Assembly: GCA_038245295.1 (NCBI GenBank)
Contig: JBBRSP010000010.1
Span: forward strand, 96,001-160,000
Length of the DNA: 64,000 nt
Reading direction: 5' to 3'
From: Candidatus Binatia bacterium
GTDB lineage: Bacteria; Desulfobacterota; Binatia; HRBIN30
The position numbers and the translations under genes were made by a program. A model generated the notes under the pieces. It saw nothing but the letters and a program-made list of their open reading frames with translations, made no database searches and had not been told where the DNA came from. Each line of letters begins with the position of its first letter. The stretch's first letter is position 1. Shown here one piece after another: positions 10,163-19,681 of this stretch.

Positions 10163-10571
10163 TGATTCCCCCCATGTGCTTCTGCCGGATCAAACGGTTG
10201 CCCGCGCCGAGCGGACGGTGAGTCGGGTATCCGTCGCGGCAGGGCGGGTCTAGCTCCGGTTGCACCGCCGCAGCACATAGCTGAGTTCTTCCACGGAGAA
10301 CTGCGGCCCATGCACTTCGATGGCTGGTTCTATCTTGTGGGCTAAGCGCCCCCTCTCCCACATCGAGCGGAATCTCGGCGCGTGGGAGTGGGTCGGGGGT
10401 GAGGGCACGCATCGGCTTCTGAGTCCACAGACCGGACCCTCACTTGGAGTTCGTCAAGGTCTCTGGTTCGCGCACTAGAGGCCATTCAAAAAGACCAACA
10501 AGTCATGATTGACCGGCATCAAGCGACGGCCCACGCAAAGTTACCGGGGGGTGGCTCGCCCAGTGCGGCAC

Positions 10572-10609
10572 TGGCAGGGTTTGACAGGTTCTGCCATCAG
10601 CAGTAGCAT
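10572..10609 (+). promoter_or_regulatory. Sigma70-type promoter with overlapping inverted repeat (TA operator candidate)
   Basis: TTGACA (10581-10586), 17 bp spacer, TAGCAT (10604-10609); TGGCAG...CTGCCA inverted repeat; just upstream of the parD-like ATG. Confidence 0.65.
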
Positions 10610-10617
10610 CGCTAAGT

Positions 10618-10896
10618 ATGAAGACGAAATCTCTGACGAGCATGAACATCTCCATTCCCTCGACGCTCCGCGAGCGGCTTGAGGAGAAACTTACGCGCCA
10701 GGCTTATGGCTCGGCGAGTGAATATGTCCGTCAGCTTATCCGCCAGGACCTTGAACGAGATGCGCGCGAGAAAGTCGAGGCGCTTCTGTTGGAAGGGGTC
10801 CATTCGAAGAAGCGAATCAGAGTCACGCCGAAATGGTGGGCGGATAAGGAAGCGCTGGTCGGCTCCAGTTCCCGCCGCGCCGCTAAACGAGCGTGA
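10618..10896 (+). CDS. parD: ParD-like ribbon-helix-helix antitoxin
   Basis: MNISIP...YGSASEYVRQLIR...LLLEG pattern. Confidence 0.85.
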   Translation: MKTKSLTSMNISIPSTLRERLEEKLTRQAYGSASEYVRQLIRQDLERDAREKVEALLLEGVHSKKRIRVTPKWWADKEALVGSSSRRAAKRA

Positions 10897-11213
10897 CCCA
10901 CGAGCTCATCGTCACCGAACCGGCCGACCAGGACATCGACGGCTACATCGCATATTTGGCTGAGCGCAATCCCGACGCGGCGCGCCGGTTCATACGCGAT
11001 CTCCGTCAGGCGTTCGATCGACTCCTCTCAATACCGCAACTTGGCCACGTCTGGGAAACCAAGAGAAGCGACCTCGACGGCCTTCGAGTTTGGCGTGTCG
11101 ACGATTTTCCAGTGTCGATCTTCTATTTCCCGCGGCCAACCGCGATCGAAGTGATGCGCGTCCTGCACCACTCACAAGACATCAAGAGCGTTCTGGACGA
11201 TCAAGGACGATGA
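10893..11213 (+). CDS. parE: ParE/RelE-family toxin
   Basis: A.QDI....YLAERNPDAARRF...IFY...IEVMRVLH; 4-bp overlap with the antitoxin. Confidence 0.85.
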   Translation: MTHELIVTEPADQDIDGYIAYLAERNPDAARRFIRDLRQAFDRLLSIPQLGHVWETKRSDLDGLRVWRVDDFPVSIFYFPRPTAIEVMRVLHHSQDIKSVLDDQGR

Positions 11214-11247
11214 GGTTCATCAATTCGGGGGGCGATTCAGGGACGTG

Positions 11248-11290
11248 AAGCTTGTGAAAGAATCCCGGTTTCCCTGGCTTTGGTGAACGC
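11248..11290. mobile_element. Isolated right-end relic of an IS1182-like element
   Basis: Near-identical to the reverse complement of 24075-24117. Confidence 0.75.
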
Positions 11291-11825
11291 TGCGAAATTC
11301 GCGGCAACGTGAACACCCGTTTCGCGGCAACGTGAACACCCGTTTCGCGGCAACGTGAACGCTGAATTCGCGAAGGTGAACACGCGTTTCGCGGCAACCT
11401 GAACATCGGTTTCGCGCAACGTGAACACGCCAAGAGCAGTGATGGGAATGCGCTGGGCAAGCATGCAGCCGCAAGGACTGCGCGGTACGGACCGCGCAGG
11501 AGGATGCGATGGCTGCGGAGAGATTGCCCATGCGGAAGATCAAGGACATTTTGCGTCAGCGGCTGCTTCTGGAGCGCCCGCAGCGACAGATCGCCCAAGC
11601 GTTGGAGGTGGGCCTCGGAACGGTCAACACCGTCGTGAAGAGCGCCGCGAAGGCCGGGCTCAGCTGGGAGATCGTCGCCAAGCTCAGCGAGACGGAACTG
11701 GCGGAGTACATCTAGCCGCCGCGCGTCAGCGAGAAGGTCGGCAACTTCGATCTGCCGTCGCCAGAGCTGATCGACTTGGAACTACGCAAGCCCGGGGTGA
11801 CGCTACGCCTGCTGCATCTGGGGCA
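11291..11825 (+). mobile_element. istA: Truncated IS21-family element: left end with ~23-bp repeats plus istA 5' fragment
   Basis: Begins TGCG; about six copies of TTCGCGGCAACGTGAACAC at 11298-11430; ORF 11509 MAAERLPMRKIKDILR..RQIA, in-frame TAG at 11713, then ELRKPGVTLRLL. Confidence 0.85.
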
Positions 11826-11861
11826 TTGAGAATGTTAAGCGTCGATTTCCGACGCCGACGT

Positions 11862-12515
11862 TCAGCGTCCCCGAGCGTCGGATTCGTAGCGCGGACTGCG
11901 CGGCCCAAACAGCAAGCCGTTGTTCTCGTTTGAGACCGTGCCAGCCGTTGCCGCACGAGAAGCCTCGTGGGTTGGATCTGACATGGACGAAGCGATTTGA
12001 TGAACGAGAGCGGCGACCAGCATCCCGATGATTCCACCTCCCCCGCCGGAGCCCTGCCTCAAGTGCTCCGTCCCGGTCCACAGCGTCGTCCCGGTGGCGA
12101 CGTCAACGAGGCGAGCGCTCGCCTGGATGACGGTCGTGGAGGAGAGGACATAATACTTTTGCCCCCAGTCCTCGATGGTGACGTACAGAACGGCATCGGC
12201 GCCAATGACTTCCCTGATCTTGCTGAGCGAGACGTTGTGCATCTCGTCGGGAGTTGGCAGGCCGTTGTCTTTCATGAAGGCATCGATGACCGCGACCGGG
12301 AAAACATAGTAACCACATTCGGCCAGCGGGCGTGAGACAGTCGAAAGATACGTGTACGGCGCGTCCACCGCCGTCGATTGATTCAACGGTGGGAGCACCA
12401 AGATCGAGTGCGGCATGTGACTGCGGTACGGCCCGTAGTCCACTTTCGCCGCACAGGAGCACATAAGCGCCAGACCGCTCATGCACAGTACGAGTGCACC
12501 ACCTCGAGTCCTCAC
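11862..12515 (-). CDS. DUF799 (GNA1162-like) lipoprotein
   Basis: PHSILVLPPLNQS, PLAECGYYVFPV, GADAVLYVTI. Confidence 0.85.
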   Translation of the reverse strand: MRTRGGALVLCMSGLALMCSCAAKVDYGPYRSHMPHSILVLPPLNQSTAVDAPYTYLSTVSRPLAECGYYVFPVAVIDAFMKDNGLPTPDEMHNVSLSKIREVIGADAVLYVTIEDWGQKYYVLSSTTVIQASARLVDVATGTTLWTGTEHLRQGSGGGGGIIGMLVAALVHQIASSMSDPTHEASRAATAGTVSNENNGLLFGPRSPRYESDARGR

Positions 12516-12859
12516 TTCTGGGCCATCCTCTTCAAGAAGCCATCAAGGAGCACTGTCGACTCTGGGAACAGATGCTTCTCCGTCTCGAACTCCTGTTCGG
12601 CGCTCGCGAGGTTTCCTTGCTGGTAGTACATGTAGCCGAGATGGGCGTGCACGCCAGGCGGAACTGGCTTGCCTTCGGCATGCGCCTTGCCAATGTCTTC
12701 CGTGAGCTTGGCAATTTGCGTCTCTGGGTCAGCCGTACCCGGCTTCGCGTGCATCTCGTAGAGGAGTTCCTCATACCGCCCCCAATAGTAGATGCTTTTG
12801 CCCGCGCACCCGGTTAGCGCCGACAGTGCTGCAGCGGTGAGCGATATGCGAATGCCGCG
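12512..12859 (-). CDS. DUF4810 lipoprotein (TPR-like)
   Basis: LTGC lipobox, IYYWGRY, VPPGVHAHLG, EKHLFPES; start approximate. Confidence 0.8.
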   Translation of the reverse strand, partial: RGIRISLTAAALSALTGCAGKSIYYWGRYEELLYEMHAKPGTADPETQIAKLTEDIGKAHAEGKPVPPGVHAHLGYMYYQQGNLASAEQEFETEKHLFPESTVLLDGFLKRMAQK

Positions 12860-12869
12860 CACCGACTTG

Positions 12870-13562
12870 TCACCCGCCCTTTGCCGGATTCCAGGCGCCC
12901 CGCTCAACACCAGCGACCAAATTGTTGACTGCCTCCATGATCGCCAGGTTTAGCACCTTACCATTCAGGGTCGCGTCGTAGCCGGCGGTTCCCCCGAACC
13001 CTATCACTTCACGATTGCTGAGCTCGTACTCTCCAGCCCCTTGCACCGAGTAGATTACTTCGGAGGTGTGCACATCAACGATGTTCAGCGCCACTTTGGC
13101 GTAAGCGACTTGCGTCTTGCCGTAGCCCAGGATGCCAAACAACTCTGTGTCACCGGTGACGCGGCGTCCGAACTCCGTCACCTCGCCGGTCACAGCAACC
13201 TGCGCACCTTTGAGATCCTGTTCTGCTCCCCGAATCTTCGCCTCCTGGGCAATCTCGCTCATGTTCTCCCTATCGACGACAACGAAGCGGCCGGTGAGTT
13301 GCAGGTGCGTCTTGAGAATCGTCTTGGCTTGATTACCCAACTGGTCGGGCCCCTCGGAAAAGATCCCTTGCATGTAGGTGGACCGGTTTTGGAACTTCGT
13401 AACCACTAGCGTGTACTTGGGACCGTTGTATGGAGTGCCGGCACTGGCGGCCGTTTCTGGCGTCAGCGTACGGTGTGCTTCGGTTGCGCAGCCGACTGCC
13501 CCTGCGAGAAGGGCCGCGCACCACACGACGACTGTTCGTAAGAACCATGGCCGATTCGGCAT
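12870..13562 (-). CDS. CsgG/HfaB-family lipoprotein
   Basis: AVGC lipobox, KFQNRS, GRFVVVDRENM, TGEVTEFGR; typical first gene of the CsgG-DUF4810-DUF799 operon. Confidence 0.85.
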   Translation of the reverse strand: MPNRPWFLRTVVVWCAALLAGAVGCATEAHRTLTPETAASAGTPYNGPKYTLVVTKFQNRSTYMQGIFSEGPDQLGNQAKTILKTHLQLTGRFVVVDRENMSEIAQEAKIRGAEQDLKGAQVAVTGEVTEFGRRVTGDTELFGILGYGKTQVAYAKVALNIVDVHTSEVIYSVQGAGEYELSNREVIGFGGTAGYDATLNGKVLNLAIMEAVNNLVAGVERGAWNPAKGG

Positions 13563-13774
13563 GCGGGAACCTCTCCGCTTACGTATTCGCAAAGCCACAC
13601 AATCGGACAGGTGATCCAAGGTGGTTCGCGCGAGTCCGATTGTATCTTCGTCCATGCAACAGCCGATGTTGCTGCGGGCTTGAACGAACTCTTCCTCGGC
13701 GTCACTTATCAGCATGTTGCCCGTGTATATGTTGCCACGGGAGAAGTCGAACAGCGTCACAGGCAGTACCGATT

Positions 13775-13965
13775 GTCGTGGGTGAGCTCAACAAAGCGAC
13801 TTGTCACGAACCCTTCGACGATGGCGGCGAGGTTGGCCATGAGAAGGCGAAGCTGGCTGGGGTTGTCGATGTTCCCTGTAGAGATCAGAAGCAGGCGTCG
13901 TGGCCCGCGTCACCAAGACCGTACACCAGGCGGTAGGGCAGTTGGGCGTCGACGAGGAACTTCAC
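13775..13965 (-). pseudogene. Degenerate second copy of the DUF5615 toxin with an internal deletion
   Basis: Matches 9141-9466 but lacks roughly 9254-9395. Confidence 0.85.
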
Positions 13966-14189
13966 GCCACCACGTGATCAATGCGTTTGACCTGACTCAG
14001 ACGAGCCGCAAATTCGAGCGCCGCGAGGATTTCGTCGCGCTTGAGGTCGGCGCAGTCGGCGAGGATCTCCGCGACACTCATTCCAGAGCTGAGCAGTTCG
14101 AGTAAGACTTCGACCGGATAGTGAAGGCCGCGTATGCACGGCTTGCCATGACAAATGGAAGGGTCGATGGTAATTCGCTCGACAGCCAT
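13962..14189 (-). CDS. DUF433 antitoxin, second copy
   Basis: Nearly identical protein to 9463-9690. Confidence 0.88.
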   Translation of the reverse strand: MAVERITIDPSICHGKPCIRGLHYPVEVLLELLSSGMSVAEILADCADLKRDEILAALEFAARLSQVKRIDHVVA

Positions 14190-14321
14190 TCGGATCTCCT
14201 CTCGTTGCGTCCATAACAGGCCTGCGCTCGGCGCGCCGTCAAGGTTGAGCTACCGCATTGATAAGCGGCGGAGCGGGTCTAGTGCGATCAGGTCGCAATC
14301 GTGCCGCATGAAGGAGACTGC

Positions 14322-15326
14322 GTGAAATCCTACCGGACCGCCACATACCCCGCTGCGATGCGGCTCGCCCGCATCGTGCATGTACTGCCCAGCCGACCCC
14401 ACGGTTGGACATTTGCCGGCATCATGAACGAGTTGCGGATCTCGGAGCGCACGCTGTACCGATACAAAGAGCAGCTCAAGCGCGAGTTCGTCGACGACAA
14501 GGGTCGGCCACTCATCGAGGAGGTTCGGCGCGGTGAGCAGCGGCTGCTGCGGATGGCCGAGCATGGGCGTCCGATCGACTCGAACGCCTACGAGGTCGCC
14601 TTCCTGTACTTCGCGCTGACGGTCTTTGATTTCCTCGACGGCACCGTCCTCAAACATAGCGTCGAAGGACTCTGGGACAGGTTGGTGCGCGGCTTGCCGC
14701 AGAAGGTTCAGGCGCGGTTCACCGACTTCACGCGAAAGTTCTACGCCATACAGTATGCCCCGAAGGATTACAGAGAGTTTGATGACACCCTGGACGCCAT
14801 CGTCCAGTGCCTCATCTTCCAACACCGCATTGGCATCCAGTACGGCAGCATGTCGGGCAACTCCAAGAGCCACACGTTCGAACCGTACACGCTGACAATG
14901 TATCGCGGCGGACTCTACCTCATCGGCAAAAGCGACCGATCGTCGAAGATCCTCACCCTTGCCGTCGAACGCATCAGTTCGGCGCAGAAGCTGGCGGAGC
15001 GATTCGACTACCCGGAAGGATACACCCCCGAGAAACACACCGAGGGAACCTTCGGCATCATCGACGGAGCGAAAACAGAGGTCGAGTTGCTGATCCTGAA
15101 TCCGGAGACCGTCACCTACCTCTCCTCGCGCCAGCTCCATCCGACACAACGGTTCCGCAAGCGACCCGACGGCAAGACAGTGCTCACGATGACGGTCCGG
15201 GGCACGACGGAGCTGAAGAACTGGCTGTTCGGATTGTCGCCCTATGTGAAGGTGCTCCGCCCCGGATCGTTGCGCGACGAGATACGCGCGCTACTCGATG
15301 ATGCGCAGCGCGTTTATGAGTCTTGA
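14322..15326 (+). CDS. WYL-domain transcriptional regulator (wHTH-WYL-WCX)
   Basis: ELRISERTLYR HTH; FEPYTL..YRGGLYLIG...LAVERI; VKVLRPGSLRDEI; AAGGAG RBS before GTG at 14322. Confidence 0.9.
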   Translation: MKSYRTATYPAAMRLARIVHVLPSRPHGWTFAGIMNELRISERTLYRYKEQLKREFVDDKGRPLIEEVRRGEQRLLRMAEHGRPIDSNAYEVAFLYFALTVFDFLDGTVLKHSVEGLWDRLVRGLPQKVQARFTDFTRKFYAIQYAPKDYREFDDTLDAIVQCLIFQHRIGIQYGSMSGNSKSHTFEPYTLTMYRGGLYLIGKSDRSSKILTLAVERISSAQKLAERFDYPEGYTPEKHTEGTFGIIDGAKTEVELLILNPETVTYLSSRQLHPTQRFRKRPDGKTVLTMTVRGTTELKNWLFGLSPYVKVLRPGSLRDEIRALLDDAQRVYES

Positions 15327-15442
15327 ATCGCGCCGACCCTGCGACAACGTTTGTCTGAGGATCGTCATACAAGGTGAAGCCGAGCGTAAAAGTCCGCAAT
15401 CAGACGATAGGGGAAACGTTACTAGGGGAATTGCGTGGACAG

Positions 15443-15466
15443 CGTGGTAACATTAGTGTTACCACG
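15443..15466. promoter_or_regulatory. Perfect 10-bp inverted repeat, probable TA operator
   Basis: CGTGGTAACA-TTAG-TGTTACCACG immediately upstream of the toxin gene. Confidence 0.65.
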
Positions 15467-15810
15467 TGAACGTGGTGTCGCAGGTCGTGATCCGAGAATA
15501 CCTGCTGCCCAACGGCCGCTCGCCTTACGCTAGGTGGTTCGACGGTTTGGACGCACGTGCTGCCGCAAAGGTGTTGGTCTCGTTGACACGCCTCGAGCTT
15601 GGCAACCACTCGAATGCGAAGTCGCTTGGGAGCGGTCTCTTCGAGTTGAAGATCGATTTCGGCCCCGGCTACCGCGTCTATTTCGGGAAAGACGGGGATC
15701 GTCTGATCATCCTCCTCGGCGGCGGAACCAAGAAGCGACAGAGCGACGACATCAAGACGGCGAAGGTAATTTGGCAGGACTACAAAGAACGCAAGAAACG
15801 GGAGCCCTGA
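15466..15810 (+). CDS. RelE/HigB-like addiction-module killer protein
   Basis: GRSPYARWF, RLELGN, ELKIDFGPGYRVYF, LLGGGTKKRQ. Confidence 0.9.
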   Translation: MNVVSQVVIREYLLPNGRSPYARWFDGLDARAAAKVLVSLTRLELGNHSNAKSLGSGLFELKIDFGPGYRVYFGKDGDRLIILLGGGTKKRQSDDIKTAKVIWQDYKERKKREP

Positions 15811-15814
15811 GAAA

Positions 15815-16138
15815 ATGCCACTCACTCGCGAGTTCAAGGAAACAGTACGCGCCCGCGCGCAACGTGACCCGGCGTTTCGCCGCGAACTGTTGCGCGAAGC
15901 GGTCGAGACGTTCATTGCCGGCGATCTCGAAACCGGCAAGGCCATTTTGCGCAACTACATCAACGCCACTGTTGGCTTCGAAGAGCTGGCCCATGCCACC
16001 AAGAAGCCGCCCAAGAGCCTGATGCGTATGCTCGCGCCGCGTGGCAATCCGAACGCCAACAACCTGTTCGCGGTGTTGGGCTACCTGCAGAACAAGGAAG
16101 GCATCCACTTCGACGTACGGGCGCAGCGAGCGGCGTAA
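15815..16138 (+). CDS. Addiction-module antidote (HTH)
   Basis: MPLTREFKETV...KSLMRML...GNP; follows the toxin gene. Confidence 0.85.
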   Translation: MPLTREFKETVRARAQRDPAFRRELLREAVETFIAGDLETGKAILRNYINATVGFEELAHATKKPPKSLMRMLAPRGNPNANNLFAVLGYLQNKEGIHFDVRAQRAA

Positions 16139-16194
16139 GAACCAGACGCAGCAGTGGATTGCCTTCGTAAGAGCTCGCATCGATCATTACTGCA

Positions 16195-17147
16195 TCACTC
16201 GTCCCGGTCTGCGCTACGTGAGCTGGCGCTGACCGCACAAAACCTCCCGTTGTCCAACTTCTGCTCGCCGTGCCATCGGTAGGCGCAGAGAGAGCCGCCT
16301 TTGGCGACGCTGTAGTCCAGGCACGCCACATTGTCGGAGAGAATCTCCGGTTGTTCTCCCGATAGCCAGTAGTGGCCGACGAAGACGGGTTTGGCGCTGG
16401 TTGGGTATGGGGTTGCCGCGGCAATGACCGCTGGCTCTAGGTCCAGGTCGCAGGTGACTTCGTCGCTCTGGAGGGCATAGCTTCGGTAGGTATGCCCATC
16501 CGGGGTTAGGTACCAGCGGGTGCGGATCTCGCGTCGATCCGTACCGTCCTTGTCGGTGAAGAAAGCGTCGTCGGGTAGCTTCGCTTCCCTCCCCTTGAGA
16601 ACAGCCTCGACCGGGGCAAACAATGGCTGTCCCTCCCCGTAAGCTGACTGCAAGAAGCTTGTCGTGATGCCGCCATGGTCCTGCCTGGCGGTGGCGATGA
16701 TCGCCATCTCCCGATCGTGTCCCAGCAAGCGTGAACGACCCGCAGGCCATCAAGGTCCAGCCAGAGCGGCAAGGCCCTGAACCAATCGAGGTAGGACGCG
16801 CGGTCAGCTTCCTTCAACTGGTCGAGGGTCTGTTGGTGCTGTTTCTTGTTCTTCGGGCTGTGCGGGCGTAGGAATTCGCCCGGGTTTGCCGGGTCTGTGG
16901 TGTGATACGCGAGGGCGTTCAATTCGTGGTTGCCCATGACGGCCAAAGCCGTCTCCTGCTCGACCATCGGCCGCACGATGTCGAGCACCTCGCGAATCTT
17001 TGGACCACGGTCGATGAAATCGCCGAGGAAGATTACCTTTCGCTCGGGGTGCGCGTAAACGCCATGGTCCTGCCGATAGCCAAGCTTCTTCAGCAGCTGC
17101 AGCAGTTCATCGGCATAGCCGTGGATGTCACCGATCAGGTCGTACAT
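16195..17147 (-). pseudogene. Metallophosphoesterase (ApaH/PPP-like), frameshifted near 16718
   Basis: GDIHG, GDFIDRG, GNHE, VHA in ORF 16506-17147; C-terminal FVGHYW/CLDYS in ORF 16195-16728. Confidence 0.85.
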
Positions 17148-17435
17148 GGGCGTCTCCTGTGTGCAGCATGTCTCAACCGGTCTGACACCGATAAGACTTC
17201 GGGTGGAATTTGGAACATATCGTCCTTTCGTTCTAGTTTCAGCGCGCCTGCTCCGCGGCTCAGTGCGCGGTCAGCGACAGAGGTGAGTCCTTTCTGCGTC
17301 CTGCTGCCAGACCAATAAGTAAGGCTTGCGATTGACAACCGTTGACGGCGGCACTGCACGTCCCTGGCCTCGAAAGCCGAGCCGTTGCTCGTGACAACCA
17401 GGAGTGAGGCAATCAAGATGAGGTGAGCGATTTCC

Positions 17436-18218
17436 TCATCGCGTCGGTTGTTGCGGATACCGGCCCCGGAAGTGACACACCACGTCGCGCAACGGGTCGT
17501 CCAGGCGGGCGAGCGTCTCGCGTTCGATCTCCGCCGGCACGCCGCCGTAAAACGCCTCCGCCACTGATCCGGTGATGCAGGTCAGCGTGTCGCTATCGCC
17601 GCCCAGGGAGATGCCCAGGCGGATGGCGTCCTCGAAGTCCGTCGACTCGAGAAAAGCCGTCAGTGCCTCGGGCACCGTCTTCTGGCAAGTCTCGTTGAAC
17701 TTGTAGTCCGGACGGATCTCGTCGCAAGAGCGTGACAGATCGTAGCCGGCGTAGTCGATGATCCAGGCGCAGATCTCCGCCTTGCCGGCGCCATGGCGGC
17801 CCATCCAGATCGACCCCGCGACGGCCTGGGCGCCTTTGATGCCTTCCGGATGATCGTGAGTCACCGCAGTGTAGGCGCGCGCCTGCTGCAGCGTGTCGTC
17901 AAGCGTCGCATAGGCCCAGCCAACCGGGCTCACCCGCATCGCCGCTCCGTTGCCGAAGCTGCGATACGGTCCCATGGATGAATCGCCCAGCCAGCGCCGG
18001 AACATCCCGCCGTAACCGGCATCGGGGTAACGGCGCCCGTAGCGGCGCATCAACGCCGCATAGTCTCCCTGTTCGAGAATCGCCTCGGCCAGTGCGATCG
18101 TCAGGACGCTGTCGTCGGTGAAGAAGCTGCGGTCCGTGAACAGCGGAAAATCCTTGGAACAGTGATTGTCCCACTCGTACACAGAACCAACGATGTCGCC
18201 GACTAGAGCTCCCAGCAT
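17436..18218 (-). CDS. ADP-ribosylglycohydrolase (DraG/ARH family)
   Basis: MLGALVGDIVGS, FTDDSVLT, SFGNGAAMR, THDHPEG, GGDSDT. Confidence 0.93.
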   Translation of the reverse strand: MLGALVGDIVGSVYEWDNHCSKDFPLFTDRSFFTDDSVLTIALAEAILEQGDYAALMRRYGRRYPDAGYGGMFRRWLGDSSMGPYRSFGNGAAMRVSPVGWAYATLDDTLQQARAYTAVTHDHPEGIKGAQAVAGSIWMGRHGAGKAEICAWIIDYAGYDLSRSCDEIRPDYKFNETCQKTVPEALTAFLESTDFEDAIRLGISLGGDSDTLTCITGSVAEAFYGGVPAEIERETLARLDDPLRDVVCHFRGRYPQQPTR

Positions 18219-18314
18219 CGGAGAAACGATATCATACTCGGGTACTTTGGTGTCGATCTCCCCGCGGCCCGATGGACTATCATCACGAGGCCAACCAGGC
18301 GTACTGTTTTGATC

Positions 18315-19262
18315 ATGTGGAACGCAATTGACTGGGCAAAGGCCTTCAAGAAGGCCTCTTCCCGCGGAGATAAGGAATCGCTGCACGCTCTCCGCCGCGA
18401 CGTGTGGTTGAGCACGGTGGAGGTCGCACGGGCTCGAACATATAATGTCGGGACTGAACGCATCGATCTTGACCTCGACGGCAGTTACCAGAAGATGCAG
18501 AGCGGAACGGTCTTCCATCCCGGGACGGAAGGCCTGACGGTTCAAGATCAACTGCGCGGTCGACACCGGACCGTCGTTTCGGTCCACGACGCCGACTGCC
18601 TCGAGATCGCCCGCGCCATCGCCGCACCCGGGAAAGTCCCCGCCGTTCTCAACATGGCTAGCCGACGCAATCCTGGCGGTGGCGTTGCTGAGGGATCAGG
18701 AGCGCAAGAAGAGAGTCTTTTCCGCCGCTCGACTGCCTTCGCTTCCCTATACCAATTCGTGGACTATGGCGGCGACTATGATGTGCCGCGCCACCCGACT
18801 GTCAGCTATCCCATCCCGCGGGAGTCGGGCGGCATCTTCTCGCCTGGTATCCTCGTCTTCCGTTCAGGCGGCACGACTGGCTACGCGTTCCTCCGGCATC
18901 CGTATCGAGTCAATCTGCTCACCGTGCCCGCCATCAGTAAGCCGGTTCTCGTCGAGCGCGACGGCAGATTGTGGCTGACGGATGAGATCGCACGCGCCAG
19001 TCAGGTGAAGATTCGCGCCATCCTACGAATTGCCGCGCACCAAGGGCAAACGGAACTTGTCTTGAGCGCCTTCGGCTGCGGCGCCTTCCGCAACCCGCCG
19101 CAGCACATGGCGGAGCTAATCCGCGCAGTGCTCGTCGAGCCGGAGTTCGCGGGCGTGTTCGGGCACATCGCCTTTGCGATCATCGACGACCACAATGCCG
19201 CGCACGCCGCGAGCCCGGAGGGCAACTACCTGCCATTCGAACGTGTCTTGGCGGGAGTATAG
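18315..19262 (+). CDS. Bacterial PARG-type macrodomain protein (TIGR02452/DUF2263)
   Basis: VLNMAS..NPGGG-x7-QEE PARG signature; LSAFGCGAFRNPP. Confidence 0.9.
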   Translation: MWNAIDWAKAFKKASSRGDKESLHALRRDVWLSTVEVARARTYNVGTERIDLDLDGSYQKMQSGTVFHPGTEGLTVQDQLRGRHRTVVSVHDADCLEIARAIAAPGKVPAVLNMASRRNPGGGVAEGSGAQEESLFRRSTAFASLYQFVDYGGDYDVPRHPTVSYPIPRESGGIFSPGILVFRSGGTTGYAFLRHPYRVNLLTVPAISKPVLVERDGRLWLTDEIARASQVKIRAILRIAAHQGQTELVLSAFGCGAFRNPPQHMAELIRAVLVEPEFAGVFGHIAFAIIDDHNAAHAASPEGNYLPFERVLAGV

Positions 19263-19681
19263 CTGGGATCGCTCTCCGGCTCGTCCGGCTGGAGACCAAT
19301 GATTGTAGTCTGCATCATCGCGGCCTCAAACGTCGCGCCGCTGGCCGAACAGACCAATTCCTCATCGCGGTACTTGAAGGTCTCCCACACGCCGGTGTCC
19401 TTCCGCACGGAGACACGCAGACAGTACGGACTCTCTTCGTTCGGGTAGTAACACATCTCGCGCAGTTCCTCGTCCTCCTCGTAGGTTCTGAAATCGAACC
19501 AGTAGCAGGCTGCCACAAGATACGGCTGCGCCGCCTCGTCCGACGGGCGCCGGCCGGTGAATACGATGTTCAGCGGAAAGCCTGCGAGATAGGCGTAACG
19601 CAGGTTCCACTCTGCCTCGATCTGCCGCGGGATGTTGGCAAGGAACAATGGCGGTGTTGGTTTGCCTTCCAGATTGCTCAC
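19226..19681 (-). CDS. Hypothetical protein
   Basis: GGAGGAG RBS before GTG at 19681; protein-like composition. Confidence 0.5.
   Translation of the reverse strand: MSNLEGKPTPPLFLANIPRQIEAEWNLRYAYLAGFPLNIVFTGRRPSDEAAQPYLVAACYWFDFRTYEEDEELREMCYYPNEESPYCLRVSVRKDTGVWETFKYRDEELVCSASGATFEAAMMQTTIIGLQPDEPESDPSYTPAKTRSNGR

Noticed and set aside
11298..11430. 23-bp repeats as a CRISPR array
   Set aside because: No spacers of normal length; they start at a TG terminus directly before an istA fragment, as expected for IS21 end repeats.
13563..13760. Extended N-terminus of the CsgG ORF
   Set aside because: The lipoprotein signal begins at 13562.
18219..18587. Extended N-terminus of the ARH ORF
   Set aside because: Overlaps the divergent PARG gene; the family-typical start MLGA is at 18218.
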